Origin: Thermoplasmata archaeon
GTDB lineage: Archaea > Thermoplasmatota > Thermoplasmata > Thermoplasmatales > Thermoplasmataceae
Direction of reading: 5' to 3'
Assembly: GCA_021802205.1 (NCBI GenBank)
Contig: JAKAAT010000001.1
Location: 36,986-100,985, forward strand
Length of the DNA stretch: 64,000 bases
Below the pieces are notes generated by a model. It did not search any database, was not told the DNA's origin, and saw nothing but the letters and a program-made list of their open reading frames with translations. This document shows, piece by piece, positions 51,858 through 62,880 of this stretch. Each line of letters starts with the position of its first letter. Positions within the stretch are counted from its first letter, which is position 1. The position numbers and the translations under genes were made by a program.

Positions 51858-52244
51858 TTAGAAAGCGTTTTTTGTTCTGTTCAGAGTTTCAGCTATGCCC
51901 TTCTCCTGCTCGGAAAATGCACATAACATTGCTTCTATGTCATCGTGACCTTCTGCTTTTGCAGCATTGGCTACGTTTGTGTACTCGGAAACGTGCTGTT
52001 CTGTTTCTTCCCTTGCCATATCGTTTACGAGACCATCTATTCCCTCATATTTTATCAGAGTTGAGAATATAGCATTGAAATGCCCCAGTTCAACATTGGC
52101 CTTGTCTCTCAGGTCCTTTGCTGTTCTGGAATCACCCATTTTCTCTAAATAACTTGCTGCTGCATTCAGTCTCATGTGATCTTCCGCATTGGCTGTCAAG
52201 AGATCTTTAAGACCTGCTTCTGTCTTTTCACCTAACACTGACAT
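51858..52244 (-). CDS. Rubrerythrin/sulerythrin-like ferritin-fold protein without rubredoxin domain
   Basis: G.KT...L, E..H, Y...A..A..EG, EK pattern. Confidence 0.72.
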   Translation of the reverse strand: MSVLGEKTEAGLKDLLTANAEDHMRLNAAASYLEKMGDSRTAKDLRDKANVELGHFNAIFSTLIKYEGIDGLVNDMAREETEQHVSEYTNVANAAKAEGHDDIEAMLCAFSEQEKGIAETLNRTKNAF

Positions 52245-52387
52245 TTTAATCAATTAAACAATCATTAAATGTATAAATACTTATCTTTCCCATTTATGAT
52301 ATAATTGTAAGGTTTTAGGGAAATAATGAAAGAGATAGTGTTAACAGTACTAAATTAATTTTAAATCCTATCATAGCATAACATCCT

Positions 52388-52933
52388 ATGCTTATAATTT
52401 CAACTATCGGGGAATTGCATGAAAATACAGTAGGATACTCATATGAAGATTTTGTCAACTATATCACTGAACTGAATTCTAAAAGTCTAATAATTACTTA
52501 CACATCGGAAGAAAATTTCATTAAAAACCCAGAATACTATCGGGAAATCCAACTATTAATGAAGAAATTCACAGTTAACTTCCCTGCAATAAATTACAAA
52601 AAATATGACGTACTTCGTACTCAGTTCAAATTTAAAACAGAAAGTGCTGAGGATATAACTAAGAAGAATATTACTGATATCATAGACACTGTTATTGACT
52701 CATATCTAACGGGATACTGGAAAAATCCTGAAACGGTAAATTCTGAAATTACAGATAGTATATTTAAGGTAAAAAATAAATTTCTTGAATCAGTAAATTA
52801 TGATTATGTAGAAAAATACTGGATTCCATTACATGAAGAAATATATAATTATATTGAAAATAAAAAAGATGAATACGATACTGTAATTACTGACGTGGAA
52901 AGTGCATTTTTCTATAGAGAAAAAAATTTATAA
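52388..52933 (+). CDS. Hypothetical protein
   Basis: 181-aa ORF filling the intergenic gap; no motif recognised. Confidence 0.6.
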   Translation: MLIISTIGELHENTVGYSYEDFVNYITELNSKSLIITYTSEENFIKNPEYYREIQLLMKKFTVNFPAINYKKYDVLRTQFKFKTESAEDITKKNITDIIDTVIDSYLTGYWKNPETVNSEITDSIFKVKNKFLESVNYDYVEKYWIPLHEEIYNYIENKKDEYDTVITDVESAFFYREKNL

Positions 52934-52937
52934 ATAA

Positions 52938-53411
52938 TTATTGAACTATTTTATCTATAAAACTTCCTTTCAAGAGCACTTTTGCCTTACTGACAGTTTT
53001 TGGTATGTTTACTGTTTTTACCATTATTATTGCATTGACGTATTTATCAAATATTTCATTGTCTATATTCTGGAATGTAAGTGTATCTATATCTTTAAAG
53101 ATGATTTTTCTATCGATTTCCTTCAGATCATCACCGGTTATTTCGAGTTCTTTTATATTTTCTATGTACTGAGATGATCCTTCTTTCATACCCTTAACAA
53201 AATCATTGGATAAGCGCTTTGCATTTTCAACAGTGCCCATAAATGACCTATAAGCTTCATCTGTAACCTGTCCTATGGTTTTGCCTGTATCATTTGAAAT
53301 TTTCTGGATTCTCTTATAAAGGTCTGCACTTACACCCTTAATGGATATTGTTTTTCTTACTATCTGTTCATCTTCTTCTGTGCTTTCATTTTCATTATTT
53401 TCTTTTGCCAT
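52938..53411 (-). CDS. Conserved hypothetical protein with ribbon-helix-helix-like N-terminal segment
   Basis: TISIKGVSADLY.R.......GKTIG....EA. Confidence 0.6.
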   Translation of the reverse strand: MAKENNENESTEEDEQIVRKTISIKGVSADLYKRIQKISNDTGKTIGQVTDEAYRSFMGTVENAKRLSNDFVKGMKEGSSQYIENIKELEITGDDLKEIDRKIIFKDIDTLTFQNIDNEIFDKYVNAIIMVKTVNIPKTVSKAKVLLKGSFIDKIVQ

Positions 53412-53459
53412 AAATATATATTGTAATCCAGTATATAAGATTACTGGTTTACCATATTT

Positions 53460-53768
53460 CTAAAGTTTGTCTATAATATCCATTATTTTATCTCCCGGTT
53501 TGATTCCGAGTTTTGAGGCATTATCCGTGCATGAATTTACATGGCTATTGAGGACGTCATTTATATCGTTTACCCCGGTTACACGTACTGCAATATCTCC
53601 CAGCGAGTTGGCTGCATCTACATTCAGGTAACCACACATAATGTAACCGGTTTCCCCCTTTACAATAATCATCGGCGCCTTTTTACCGAGCTTCTCATTG
53701 ATATATTCATATTTCTTATTCCCTACTTCTATTTCCTGATTTATCATAATAATACATAACAAGGGCAT
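53460..53768 (-). CDS. YunC/DUF1805 family protein
   Basis: GYIMCGYLN, AVRVTGV, A..LGI..G. Confidence 0.85.
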   Translation of the reverse strand: MPLLCIIMINQEIEVGNKKYEYINEKLGKKAPMIIVKGETGYIMCGYLNVDAANSLGDIAVRVTGVNDINDVLNSHVNSCTDNASKLGIKPGDKIMDIIDKL

Positions 53769-53814
53769 ATAATTAATTTATCAAAAATAATATATTACGG
53801 GGTAATACACATAT

Positions 53815-54747
53815 ATGGCTTCCAATATCAGAATCACCTTTCTAGGAACTGGAGGATCAATGCCAAAACCAGGAAGGTCTTTACCAGCCGTGGCTGTTCA
53901 GGTAGATGATATATTAAACCTATTTGACTGTGGAGAGGGCACGCAGAAACAGTTCATGAAAAGTGGAGTTTCTTTTATGTCACTGAAAAATATATTCATA
54001 TCACATTTCCATGCAGATCACTTTCTTGGCCTGCCGGGACTACTCAATTCCATGGCATTTTTAGGACGTACGGAAGATTTGAATATATTTGGCCCTTCAG
54101 GTGCATCTGAATTTATCAGAAACGCTATGAATCTAGGATATGGAAGAATAACCTACAATATAAATGTCTATACGGTTATTCCCGGCATGGCATTTGACTT
54201 CGGCAAATTCTTCATAAAAAGTCTTGCAAATGACCATACAGTGCCATCAATAACATACTCACTGGAGGAAAAAGACCTTGTTAAAATAGATAGGAAGAAG
54301 GTTGATAGTATTGGCTTTCCGGTTTACCGCCTGGAGGAATTAAGAAAGGAGGGAAGTGTGAAAATAGACGGCAAAAAATACAAATTAAAGGATGTGGCAG
54401 AGGGTATAAAACAGGGCAGGAAAATTGTTTATACCGGTGATACAAGGCCAGTCAGTTCCATGCCCGATTTTGCCAGCAATGCTGATGTGCTCATACATGA
54501 TACCACAATGGATTCCTCAATGGAGCCCACAGTCAATGAATACGGGCACACATCTTCCAGGCAGGCGGCAGAAATTGCACGTAAAGCATTGGTAAAAAAA
54601 TTATTTTTATTTCATTACAGTTCAAGATATAATGATCTGGAAGTACTGTTAGAGGATGCCAGATCAGTTTTTCCTGAATCGTATCTGAGTCGTGAACTTC
54701 TTGTATGTGATATCAATAAACCTGAAGGAATAGTTAAAATGAACTAA
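53815..54747 (+). CDS. rnz: Ribonuclease Z
   Basis: FLGTGG, DCGEGTQ, SHFHADH, YTGDT, H.SSRY. Confidence 0.95.
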   Translation: MASNIRITFLGTGGSMPKPGRSLPAVAVQVDDILNLFDCGEGTQKQFMKSGVSFMSLKNIFISHFHADHFLGLPGLLNSMAFLGRTEDLNIFGPSGASEFIRNAMNLGYGRITYNINVYTVIPGMAFDFGKFFIKSLANDHTVPSITYSLEEKDLVKIDRKKVDSIGFPVYRLEELRKEGSVKIDGKKYKLKDVAEGIKQGRKIVYTGDTRPVSSMPDFASNADVLIHDTTMDSSMEPTVNEYGHTSSRQAAEIARKALVKKLFLFHYSSRYNDLEVLLEDARSVFPESYLSRELLVCDINKPEGIVKMN

Positions 54748-55956
54748 TCATGCACCGTATTTTTCGGCCCTGTCAGAATATGACATTATAATAGGCATGA
54801 TGTCATTGCTGGTGATTTTATAATATCCAGTAGATACGCTGAGTTCATCGAAGCATCTGACATTATCGTTTATTATACCATTTGTTGCAAACATCACTGG
54901 AACCGGGTCACCAGTATGGTCACCGTATGAACACGGAGTGCTATGGTCGCCGGTAACAACTATAAGTGTATTATCCAATCTCTCCAGTAATGGTCCTATA
55001 ACTGAATCAACCTGTTCTATGACATATTTCTTCAATTCAGGTTTTCTGTCATGGCCTGCAATATCTGTACCTTTTATGTTTATCAGGATAAAATCATATT
55101 TATCAAGTGCGCTAACAGCAGCAGAAATTATATTTTTATAGTTTGTGTCCACCCTCCCATTCATCCCTTCAACCCTGATATTTGTAAAACCGGCTAGGCC
55201 TGCTATTCCTCGAATTAAGGGTGTTCCTGATATGCACGCAGCGTTCATGCCATATTTTTCTTTGAAAGACGGAATCTCCGGTATTTTTCCTGCGCCCCTC
55301 AGCATAATTTCATTGGCGGGTAGCTTCCCGATAGAGATTAATTTCTTGTTAAATTCATGATTTTCAAGTATTTTCCTGGATCTGGTAAGAAATTTATTAA
55401 TAACATCCGCAGTGAACTGCGCATCATGGTCAAGTGCTCTGGCAAATTCTGGTGGGGAATTCACTGAATGTGGATCTGTTTCTGTAATTCTGTCAGAAAG
55501 ATTTTTACCTCTCATTACAACCGCTGCCCTGTGTTCGACTCCTGATTTAACGATAAATTTTACACCGTCTATTTCAGTTTCCAGATCCGATGAAAGACTG
55601 TCTGTATCCTTTACACGACCTGCACGGCGATCTATAATTTTACCATCTTTTACTGTGGCATAGTTTGCCCGGAAGGCGATATCACCGGATTTCAATTCAA
55701 TTCCCAGGCCAAGTGCCTCGAATGGCCCCCTTCCCGTATAATATTTTATAGGATCATAACCGAGTATAGAAAGATGGGATGTATCCGATCCGGCCCTTAT
55801 TCCAAATGATACTGGAGACATCAAACCGGTGGTTCCATTGGATGCCAGCCTGTTAAGGTTTGGCCGTCTTGCGGCCTGAAGGGCAGTCTTATTCCCTAAT
55901 TCCTGATTTGGCCTGTCTCCAAGCCCATCCATAATTAAAAGAATGATATTCTTCAT
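54748..55956 (-). CDS. apgM: 2,3-BPG-independent phosphoglycerate mutase
   Basis: DGLGDRP, GSDT.HL, GRGPFEA, D.AGHD, TGDHSTP. Confidence 0.95.
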   Translation of the reverse strand: MKNIILLIMDGLGDRPNQELGNKTALQAARRPNLNRLASNGTTGLMSPVSFGIRAGSDTSHLSILGYDPIKYYTGRGPFEALGLGIELKSGDIAFRANYATVKDGKIIDRRAGRVKDTDSLSSDLETEIDGVKFIVKSGVEHRAAVVMRGKNLSDRITETDPHSVNSPPEFARALDHDAQFTADVINKFLTRSRKILENHEFNKKLISIGKLPANEIMLRGAGKIPEIPSFKEKYGMNAACISGTPLIRGIAGLAGFTNIRVEGMNGRVDTNYKNIISAAVSALDKYDFILINIKGTDIAGHDRKPELKKYVIEQVDSVIGPLLERLDNTLIVVTGDHSTPCSYGDHTGDPVPVMFATNGIINDNVRCFDELSVSTGYYKITSNDIMPIIMSYSDRAEKYGA

Positions 55957-55978
55957 ATATTGTTATTATGAAATGCTT

Positions 55979-56518
55979 TTAAATTTTACTGAAATTTAAA
56001 TGCTCGAAATGCCAGTGGGTATTCTGCTTCCTTCTTTTTCCGACTGTAAGATATTTTGCTTGAAATCTTCCGGAAACATTTAAATTATTGGTAAATTTTA
56101 TTATTTCATGCAACTTATATTCATCTACATTCTTTCTGATTAGGGTAATATGCGGAAGAAATCTTTCAGTATCCATGGAATTTAGCTCCAGTGAATGTAT
56201 AAGCATAGAGTGAAATCTGACCATTTCCGGGGAGGGAATAACCCTGAGAAATACAATGTATGATTTCTTACCGCCTTTTTCCCTTTCGAAATAGCCTGTA
56301 CCGTCTATTGTAAAGTAAAACGGATAAATAGTTCCACAGATTCTTTTCAATGAAGTAATATCCAGGACTTCTGGATTTTTCAGGTACGCCATGGTTATAT
56401 GAACACCTTTGCAGCTCAATGAACCTGTATAACCATATATAGACTCCAGATTTCTTTTAATACGTGTAATCCGGTTTCTGATTTTTTCCGGTGGCTTTAA
56501 TATAAGAGTGTACTGCAT
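55979..56518 (-). CDS. 2H phosphoesterase (2'-5' RNA ligase family)
   Basis: Two H-x-T motifs: VHITM and PHITL. Confidence 0.8.
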   Translation of the reverse strand: MQYTLILKPPEKIRNRITRIKRNLESIYGYTGSLSCKGVHITMAYLKNPEVLDITSLKRICGTIYPFYFTIDGTGYFEREKGGKKSYIVFLRVIPSPEMVRFHSMLIHSLELNSMDTERFLPHITLIRKNVDEYKLHEIIKFTNNLNVSGRFQAKYLTVGKRRKQNTHWHFEHLNFSKI

Positions 56519-56519
56519 T

Positions 56520-57344
56520 TCAGATAAAATATGTGGATAATGTTCCCAGAGAATCTATTGTTACATCCACCATGTCACCGTTTCCAAGCCATTTTTGTTT
56601 TTCCTCTGGCATGCCCATAATAACTCCAGAAGGAGTGCCGGTTGAAATACAGTCTCCAGGCCTCAGGGTGATATATTTTGAAATGTAACTGATCAGTGTA
56701 CTGACTGGAAATATCATATGTTCTGTTGATGAATTTTGCCTGATCTCACCGTTTACCCTGGTCTGAATTTTGAGATTCTGAGGATTTTCTATCTCGCCTA
56801 TTGATATGTAAGGTCCGTGTGGATAAAACTTATCGAGACTTTTTCCCATATAAAATTGAGTGGTTCTGTATTGAAGAGCTCTTGAGCTTACATCATTTCC
56901 TATAAAATATCCAAGAACATAGTTTAATGCATCTTTTTCAGGGATATTCCATGCCTTCTTGCCGATCATTACGCATAATTCTCCCTCATAATCAACTTTC
57001 ATATCCTGTCCGGTTTCTACTTTTGCTCCATTTCCTGTGAATGTATTATTTGATTTCGTAAAAACTACCGGTGTTTCAGGAACCTTGCCACCCTGGTGTT
57101 CCGATACATGGCTTTTATAATTGAGCCCTATGCACATCAGTGTTGAATTCTCATGGATAATTGAATCGTATGAAAAATCATAATCCCTGAAATCATTAAT
57201 ATCATTAATTTTTTTTAAATCATTATCTGAAAGTAATGAAACTTGCCCTGTTTTTATTCCATAATCATCCAGAAGCGCCAGTTTTCCCTTATTGTACACT
57301 GCAAGATGCCTTTCACCTTCAATGTTCACGGCAGTTATTTTCAT
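56520..57344 (-). CDS. Fumarylacetoacetate hydrolase family protein
   Basis: GLNY..H, DYEGEL, NDVS.R, GK..D, PGD.I.TGTP.GV. Confidence 0.93.
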   Translation of the reverse strand: MKITAVNIEGERHLAVYNKGKLALLDDYGIKTGQVSLLSDNDLKKINDINDFRDYDFSYDSIIHENSTLMCIGLNYKSHVSEHQGGKVPETPVVFTKSNNTFTGNGAKVETGQDMKVDYEGELCVMIGKKAWNIPEKDALNYVLGYFIGNDVSSRALQYRTTQFYMGKSLDKFYPHGPYISIGEIENPQNLKIQTRVNGEIRQNSSTEHMIFPVSTLISYISKYITLRPGDCISTGTPSGVIMGMPEEKQKWLGNGDMVDVTIDSLGTLSTYFI

Positions 57345-57373
57345 CTTTATAAATATGAAAATTATATAAAAAT

Positions 57374-58609
57374 CTATGTTCCTTCCTGGTAGCTTTCGAG
57401 GTATTTGATCTGATCCTCTGTATAGCTATCAATTTTAAAGTTCATGGATTCCAGCGCAATTTTTGCAACCTCATAATCTATTTCTTCAGGTACGGGATAA
57501 ACCTTATTGGATAAATCCTTTCTGTGCTTGACAATATACTCGGCAGTCAGTGCCTGCAATGCAAAACTGAGGTCCATAATTTCCACTGGATGTCCCTGTC
57601 CGGCAGCAAGGTTTAAAAGTCTTCCATCTGATATTAAATCCACAGTATTGCCGTTTTCAAGCCTGTATTCTGTTACGAGATTTCTTACCTGCACCTTTCC
57701 AGTATTTCTTTTTTCTAGGGAAGCGTAGTCTATTTCATTGTTGAAATGACCAACATTGCCAAGTATTATTCCCTTTTTGGCTACGAGCATGTCATCATAG
57801 CTCACCACATTTTTCATTCCAGTAGCGGTAAATAGCAGGTCTGTATCTCTTATGGCATTATTCATGCGGTCAACATTGAATCCATCCATGACGGCCTCTA
57901 TAGCCTTGACCGGATCCACTTCCGTAACAGTTACACGTGCACCCATGCCCTTCAACCTCATGGCTACTCCCTTTCCAACGTAGCCGTAACCTGCAACAAG
58001 GGTATTTTTCCCTGCTATGAGTATATTTGTTGCGTTCATGAACCCGTCCAGTGCACTCTGGCCGGAGCCGTATCTGTTGTCGAAGAAGTGCTTCATCTGT
58101 GCATCATTCACATCGAACATGGGAAATTTTAGAGCCCCAGCCTTTTCCATGGCCTTCAGTCTTACAACCCCTGTTGTTGTTTCCTCATTGCCGCCTATTA
58201 CCTTCTTTACAAGTTCTGGATCTGACGAAACCAGGTTTGTAAGGTCTCCACCATCGTCTATTATAATATCCGGCGCAACTTCAACTGTTTTTTTGATATT
58301 GTCATAATATTCTTTTTCTGTTTCTCCCTTTCTTGCATATACCATGTAATTATAATCCTTCTTCAGTGAATCAACAACACTGTCATCAGAACTGAGAGGA
58401 TTGCATGATGCAAGCCTTACCTCTGCACCCCCTTCAGAAAGTAGAAGCGCAAATATTCCTGTCTTTGCTTCCACATGCAATGCCATGGCTATCTTTATGC
58501 CCTTAAATGGTTTTTCCTTCAGAAAACGTTCCCTTATATTTGCTGAAACAGGCATGTGATCCCTTGCCCATTTTAACCTTAAAAACCCGTTGCTTTCCAT
58601 TATGATCAC
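57374..58609 (-). CDS. ahcY: Adenosylhomocysteinase
   Basis: SCNPLS, DDGGDL, EETTTG, K..FDNRYG, G.G.VGKG, GRL.NL..G.GHP. Confidence 0.97.
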   Translation of the reverse strand: MIIMESNGFLRLKWARDHMPVSANIRERFLKEKPFKGIKIAMALHVEAKTGIFALLLSEGGAEVRLASCNPLSSDDSVVDSLKKDYNYMVYARKGETEKEYYDNIKKTVEVAPDIIIDDGGDLTNLVSSDPELVKKVIGGNEETTTGVVRLKAMEKAGALKFPMFDVNDAQMKHFFDNRYGSGQSALDGFMNATNILIAGKNTLVAGYGYVGKGVAMRLKGMGARVTVTEVDPVKAIEAVMDGFNVDRMNNAIRDTDLLFTATGMKNVVSYDDMLVAKKGIILGNVGHFNNEIDYASLEKRNTGKVQVRNLVTEYRLENGNTVDLISDGRLLNLAAGQGHPVEIMDLSFALQALTAEYIVKHRKDLSNKVYPVPEEIDYEVAKIALESMNFKIDSYTEDQIKYLESYQEGT

Positions 58610-59175
58610 TGGTGTATACTTTTGATGCTTAAAAGAATTCCCCTGCCGGATTGTTCCACACTGTATTCTATTCTTCTATCCGCAGGTTGGAAAAGAGATT
58701 TGCCTGAGAGGATGAGCCCGGGATTCATATATACAAAGAACCTATCAAATAAATTAGCCTCCAGAAATTCATTTATAACCTGGACACCCCCCTCAACGAG
58801 TATAGATTTTATTCCCAGTGAGTAAAGTTTTTCCATTATATCCTTTATTTCAGTGCTACTTACAAGAACGGTCAGGGCATTTTCTATGTGTTTGTTTTTT
58901 GTAGTTACTATGTAAGTTCTCGCACTACCATCAAATATTTTATACTTTCCGGATAGCCGGAATTCCCCATCCAGAACTATCCTGCTTTTGGAATAATGGA
59001 GCACTGGATCGTCCACAATCACCGTATTGGCTCCGATAAGTACAGCATCAACTGATTTCCTGAGGGAAATTACCCTCTCCATATCAGTTGCATCTGATAT
59101 ACTGTAACGGCCATTCCCTGAAGATATTTTACCATTCAGGGACATGGCAACATTTATTGTTATCTGCGGAAGCAT
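58606..59175 (-). CDS. RibD-type pyrimidine nucleotide reductase (archaeal ArfC/Rib7-like)
   Basis: AMSLNGKI, DAVLIGANTV..DDP, SILVEGG; probable start MLPQIT; next to rib genes. Confidence 0.85.
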   Translation of the reverse strand: MLPQITINVAMSLNGKISSGNGRYSISDATDMERVISLRKSVDAVLIGANTVIVDDPVLHYSKSRIVLDGEFRLSGKYKIFDGSARTYIVTTKNKHIENALTVLVSSTEIKDIMEKLYSLGIKSILVEGGVQVINEFLEANLFDRFFVYMNPGLILSGKSLFQPADRRIEYSVEQSGRGILLSIKSIHQ

Positions 59176-59287
59176 AAAGGTTAATATTGTTTTAATATAA
59201 CAATTTTGAGATACTACTAAAAAATAAGTATTTATAAATGTTAATAATATAGAAAAATCAACTATGATATAATGCTGTGATGGAGAT

Positions 59288-60301
59288 ATGATCATGAAAG
59301 TCAGTGGAAATATATACTTCAATGGAAAATTACGGCACGGAACTCTGGATTTTTCCAGTACACCGCACTTTGAAAATGGTATTGCTGATTATGGGCTTTA
59401 TGGTACTCTGATACCCATGCCCGTTAACGCCCATACCCATGTGGGCGACTCTTTTATAAACGATGAGCCTTCCGGCACACTACCAGACATAGTTGGACCT
59501 GGAGGACTTAAACATAGGATGCTTGAACACGCCAGCACCAGTTCCATCCTCCATGGAATTACCCATGCAAGCAAATTTATGTGGGAAAGCGGAACATTAT
59601 CATATCTGGATTTCAGAGAGGGCGGTTTAAAGGGTGTTGAACTTATGCGCAGAGCAAAGACCGGTTGTATGCATCCTGTTGTTCTGGGAAGACCTCACGA
59701 CAGTGATTCCATTGAAGCCATTCTGGATTCCTCCCATGGGATTGCACTGAGTTCCATTTCGGATATGGATTATGAAAAGGCTATGAAGGCATCCATAGAA
59801 ACCAGAAAAAATGGAAAAATATTTGCCCTGCATTTCAGTGAGAATAAAAGGGAGGATATTAACTTGGTTCTTAACCTGAAACCATCATTCCTGGTTCACG
59901 GAATAGAGGCAGATAGGGAGGATCTTGATTTGGTAAGTGAAAGAGGGATTCCTGTGGCAATAACACCACGGTCAAACATATTTTATGGAAAAAGACCGGA
60001 TTACGGAAAATTTATAAGATCAGGAATTGACCTCATGATAGGCACCGATAATGTGTTCATAACCGAGCCGGATATATTCAACGAGATGGATTTCCTCTAC
60101 AGGTATCAACGTTTCAGCACTTACATTAGCCCCGCGGATATACTTAAATTTGCAATTGATAATCCAAGAAAATTCCTGCGGAAAAACAGAATAAATTTAA
60201 ATGAAGCATACATATTTTTCAAAAATCAGCTTCTCAATGAGTATCAGATAGTGACAAAAAAACATTATTTTAAATCATCTATTTTACATAATTTTGAGTA
60301 G
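59288..60301 (+). CDS. Metal-dependent amidohydrolase/deaminase superfamily protein
   Basis: VNAHTHVGD, DFREGG, LHFSE, LVHG, PRSN, GTDN. Confidence 0.85.
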   Translation: MIMKVSGNIYFNGKLRHGTLDFSSTPHFENGIADYGLYGTLIPMPVNAHTHVGDSFINDEPSGTLPDIVGPGGLKHRMLEHASTSSILHGITHASKFMWESGTLSYLDFREGGLKGVELMRRAKTGCMHPVVLGRPHDSDSIEAILDSSHGIALSSISDMDYEKAMKASIETRKNGKIFALHFSENKREDINLVLNLKPSFLVHGIEADREDLDLVSERGIPVAITPRSNIFYGKRPDYGKFIRSGIDLMIGTDNVFITEPDIFNEMDFLYRYQRFSTYISPADILKFAIDNPRKFLRKNRINLNEAYIFFKNQLLNEYQIVTKKHYFKSSILHNFE

Positions 60302-60339
60302 ATACTAAAATATTATATATATTGTGGCAATTGTCCTGT

Positions 60340-61505
<1,166 letters not shown>

Positions 61506-61513
61506 GTGATAGT

Positions 61514-61930
61514 ATGGAAAAAATAAAAGTTGGAATAGTAGTAGCGGAGTTTAATTATGATATAACTGAGATGATGATGAAAAGAGCGATAGAACATGCA
61601 AAATTCCTCGGTGTTGAGGTTAGCAAGGTTTTCAGGGTACCGGGCACATTTGATATGCCACTGGCAATAAAAAAGTTGCTCAAAATGGACGATGTAGATG
61701 GTGTCGTTACCCTAGGAGCTGTGATCAGGGGCGAAACGGATCATCACAGGGTTATTATGGACAACGCGGCCAGAAAGATAACGGACCTGTCTCTTGAGTA
61801 TGAAAAACCTGTGGCTCTCGGGATTTCAGGGTCAGGTGAGTCCAGACTTCAGGCAGAGGCGAGGATAGATATGGCAAAAGATGCCATGGAGAGTTGCGTT
61901 AAAATGATAAGAGAAATCAATTCCCTGTAG
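61514..61930 (+). CDS. ribH: 6,7-dimethyl-8-ribityllumazine synthase
   Basis: IVVAEFN, VPG.FD.P, LGAVI.GET.H, KPV.LG. Confidence 0.95.
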   Translation: MEKIKVGIVVAEFNYDITEMMMKRAIEHAKFLGVEVSKVFRVPGTFDMPLAIKKLLKMDDVDGVVTLGAVIRGETDHHRVIMDNAARKITDLSLEYEKPVALGISGSGESRLQAEARIDMAKDAMESCVKMIREINSL

Positions 61931-62002
61931 ATTTTTATGAATATATATCTTCCATTTTTAATTAAAAAAAATTAAATGCTTTTGTTTGATTACCTATGAA
62001 AT

Positions 62003-62077
62003 GGGCACGTGGCCTAGCATGGATAGGGCAACAGCCTCCTAAGCTGTAAATCAGGGGTCCAAATCCCCTCGTGCCCG
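62003..62077 (+). tRNA. tRNA-Arg (anticodon CCT), CCA not encoded
   Basis: Acceptor stem GGGCACG/CGTGCCC, anticodon arm ACAGC-CTCCTAA-GCTGT, T arm AGGGG-TCCAAAT-CCCCT. Confidence 0.93.
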
Positions 62078-62078
62078 C

Positions 62079-62819
62079 TCATGATTCCATTCTGGGTGCC
62101 AGAAGAAATCTTCCCTTTATTCTTTCCGGGGAATCTGCACCCAGATTAAATTCAATGGTAAGCGGATAATCGCTTTTGAATGATAGTTTTATGTCCTCGT
62201 TGGGAGATATTGATCTCATGAATTTCAGGAGGTATTCCAGTGGATAGGAAGATTTTATGGTTTCATGGCACTGTATTTCCTTTAACATATCTTTTTGAAG
62301 TATCATTTCACTCTCATCAGCATCGGACATTGATCTGGCTGAAAAGTTTTCGGATGTCATTGTAAGCCTGATTGCATCAGAAACATCCTCTGCCGCCCTC
62401 AGACCCTTTTCGAATTCCCCCTTGCTCATCACAACATAATCCTCTGCAACGATCTGAGGAACCCTAGGAGTTGTAATTTGATTATTGTCAAGCAAGGATA
62501 TGCTCTTTATTATATTCCCTATTTCAAATTTTAATTTTTCTCTGTCCTTTACAATTACCATGGAATCGTTGCTGGATGCTAGTTTCAAAATACTCTTTAC
62601 CTTTTCAAGATCAAGAGATATTTCTTCCTCCGCCTCCACATCGTATTCGGCAAAAACATTTTTAGGAATTTCAAGGGAAACCATGGCCACATGCGCAGGA
62701 TCCACAGCATTGACAGATATGCCGCTCTGTGTTATCTTGAACTTTGATTCGGTAACCACCGTATTCAGCATTTCTACTACGTCTTTCAGGTTTTTCACAG
62801 AAATATTCATTCTTGTCAT
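62079..62819 (-). CDS. pcn: DNA sliding clamp PCNA
   Basis: AVDPAHVAMV, S.Y..EYL, DYPL, LLAPR. Confidence 0.96.
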   Translation of the reverse strand: MTRMNISVKNLKDVVEMLNTVVTESKFKITQSGISVNAVDPAHVAMVSLEIPKNVFAEYDVEAEEEISLDLEKVKSILKLASSNDSMVIVKDREKLKFEIGNIIKSISLLDNNQITTPRVPQIVAEDYVVMSKGEFEKGLRAAEDVSDAIRLTMTSENFSARSMSDADESEMILQKDMLKEIQCHETIKSSYPLEYLLKFMRSISPNEDIKLSFKSDYPLTIEFNLGADSPERIKGRFLLAPRMES

Positions 62820-62880
62820 ATGATTATGACATAGATAGGTATATTATAAAGATTCTTTTTAAAAAAATAAATACAAAAAA

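Noticed and set aside
62003-62077. tRNA as an integration site
   Set aside because: Flanked directly by ribH and pcn; no integrase or duplicated tRNA 3' end seen.
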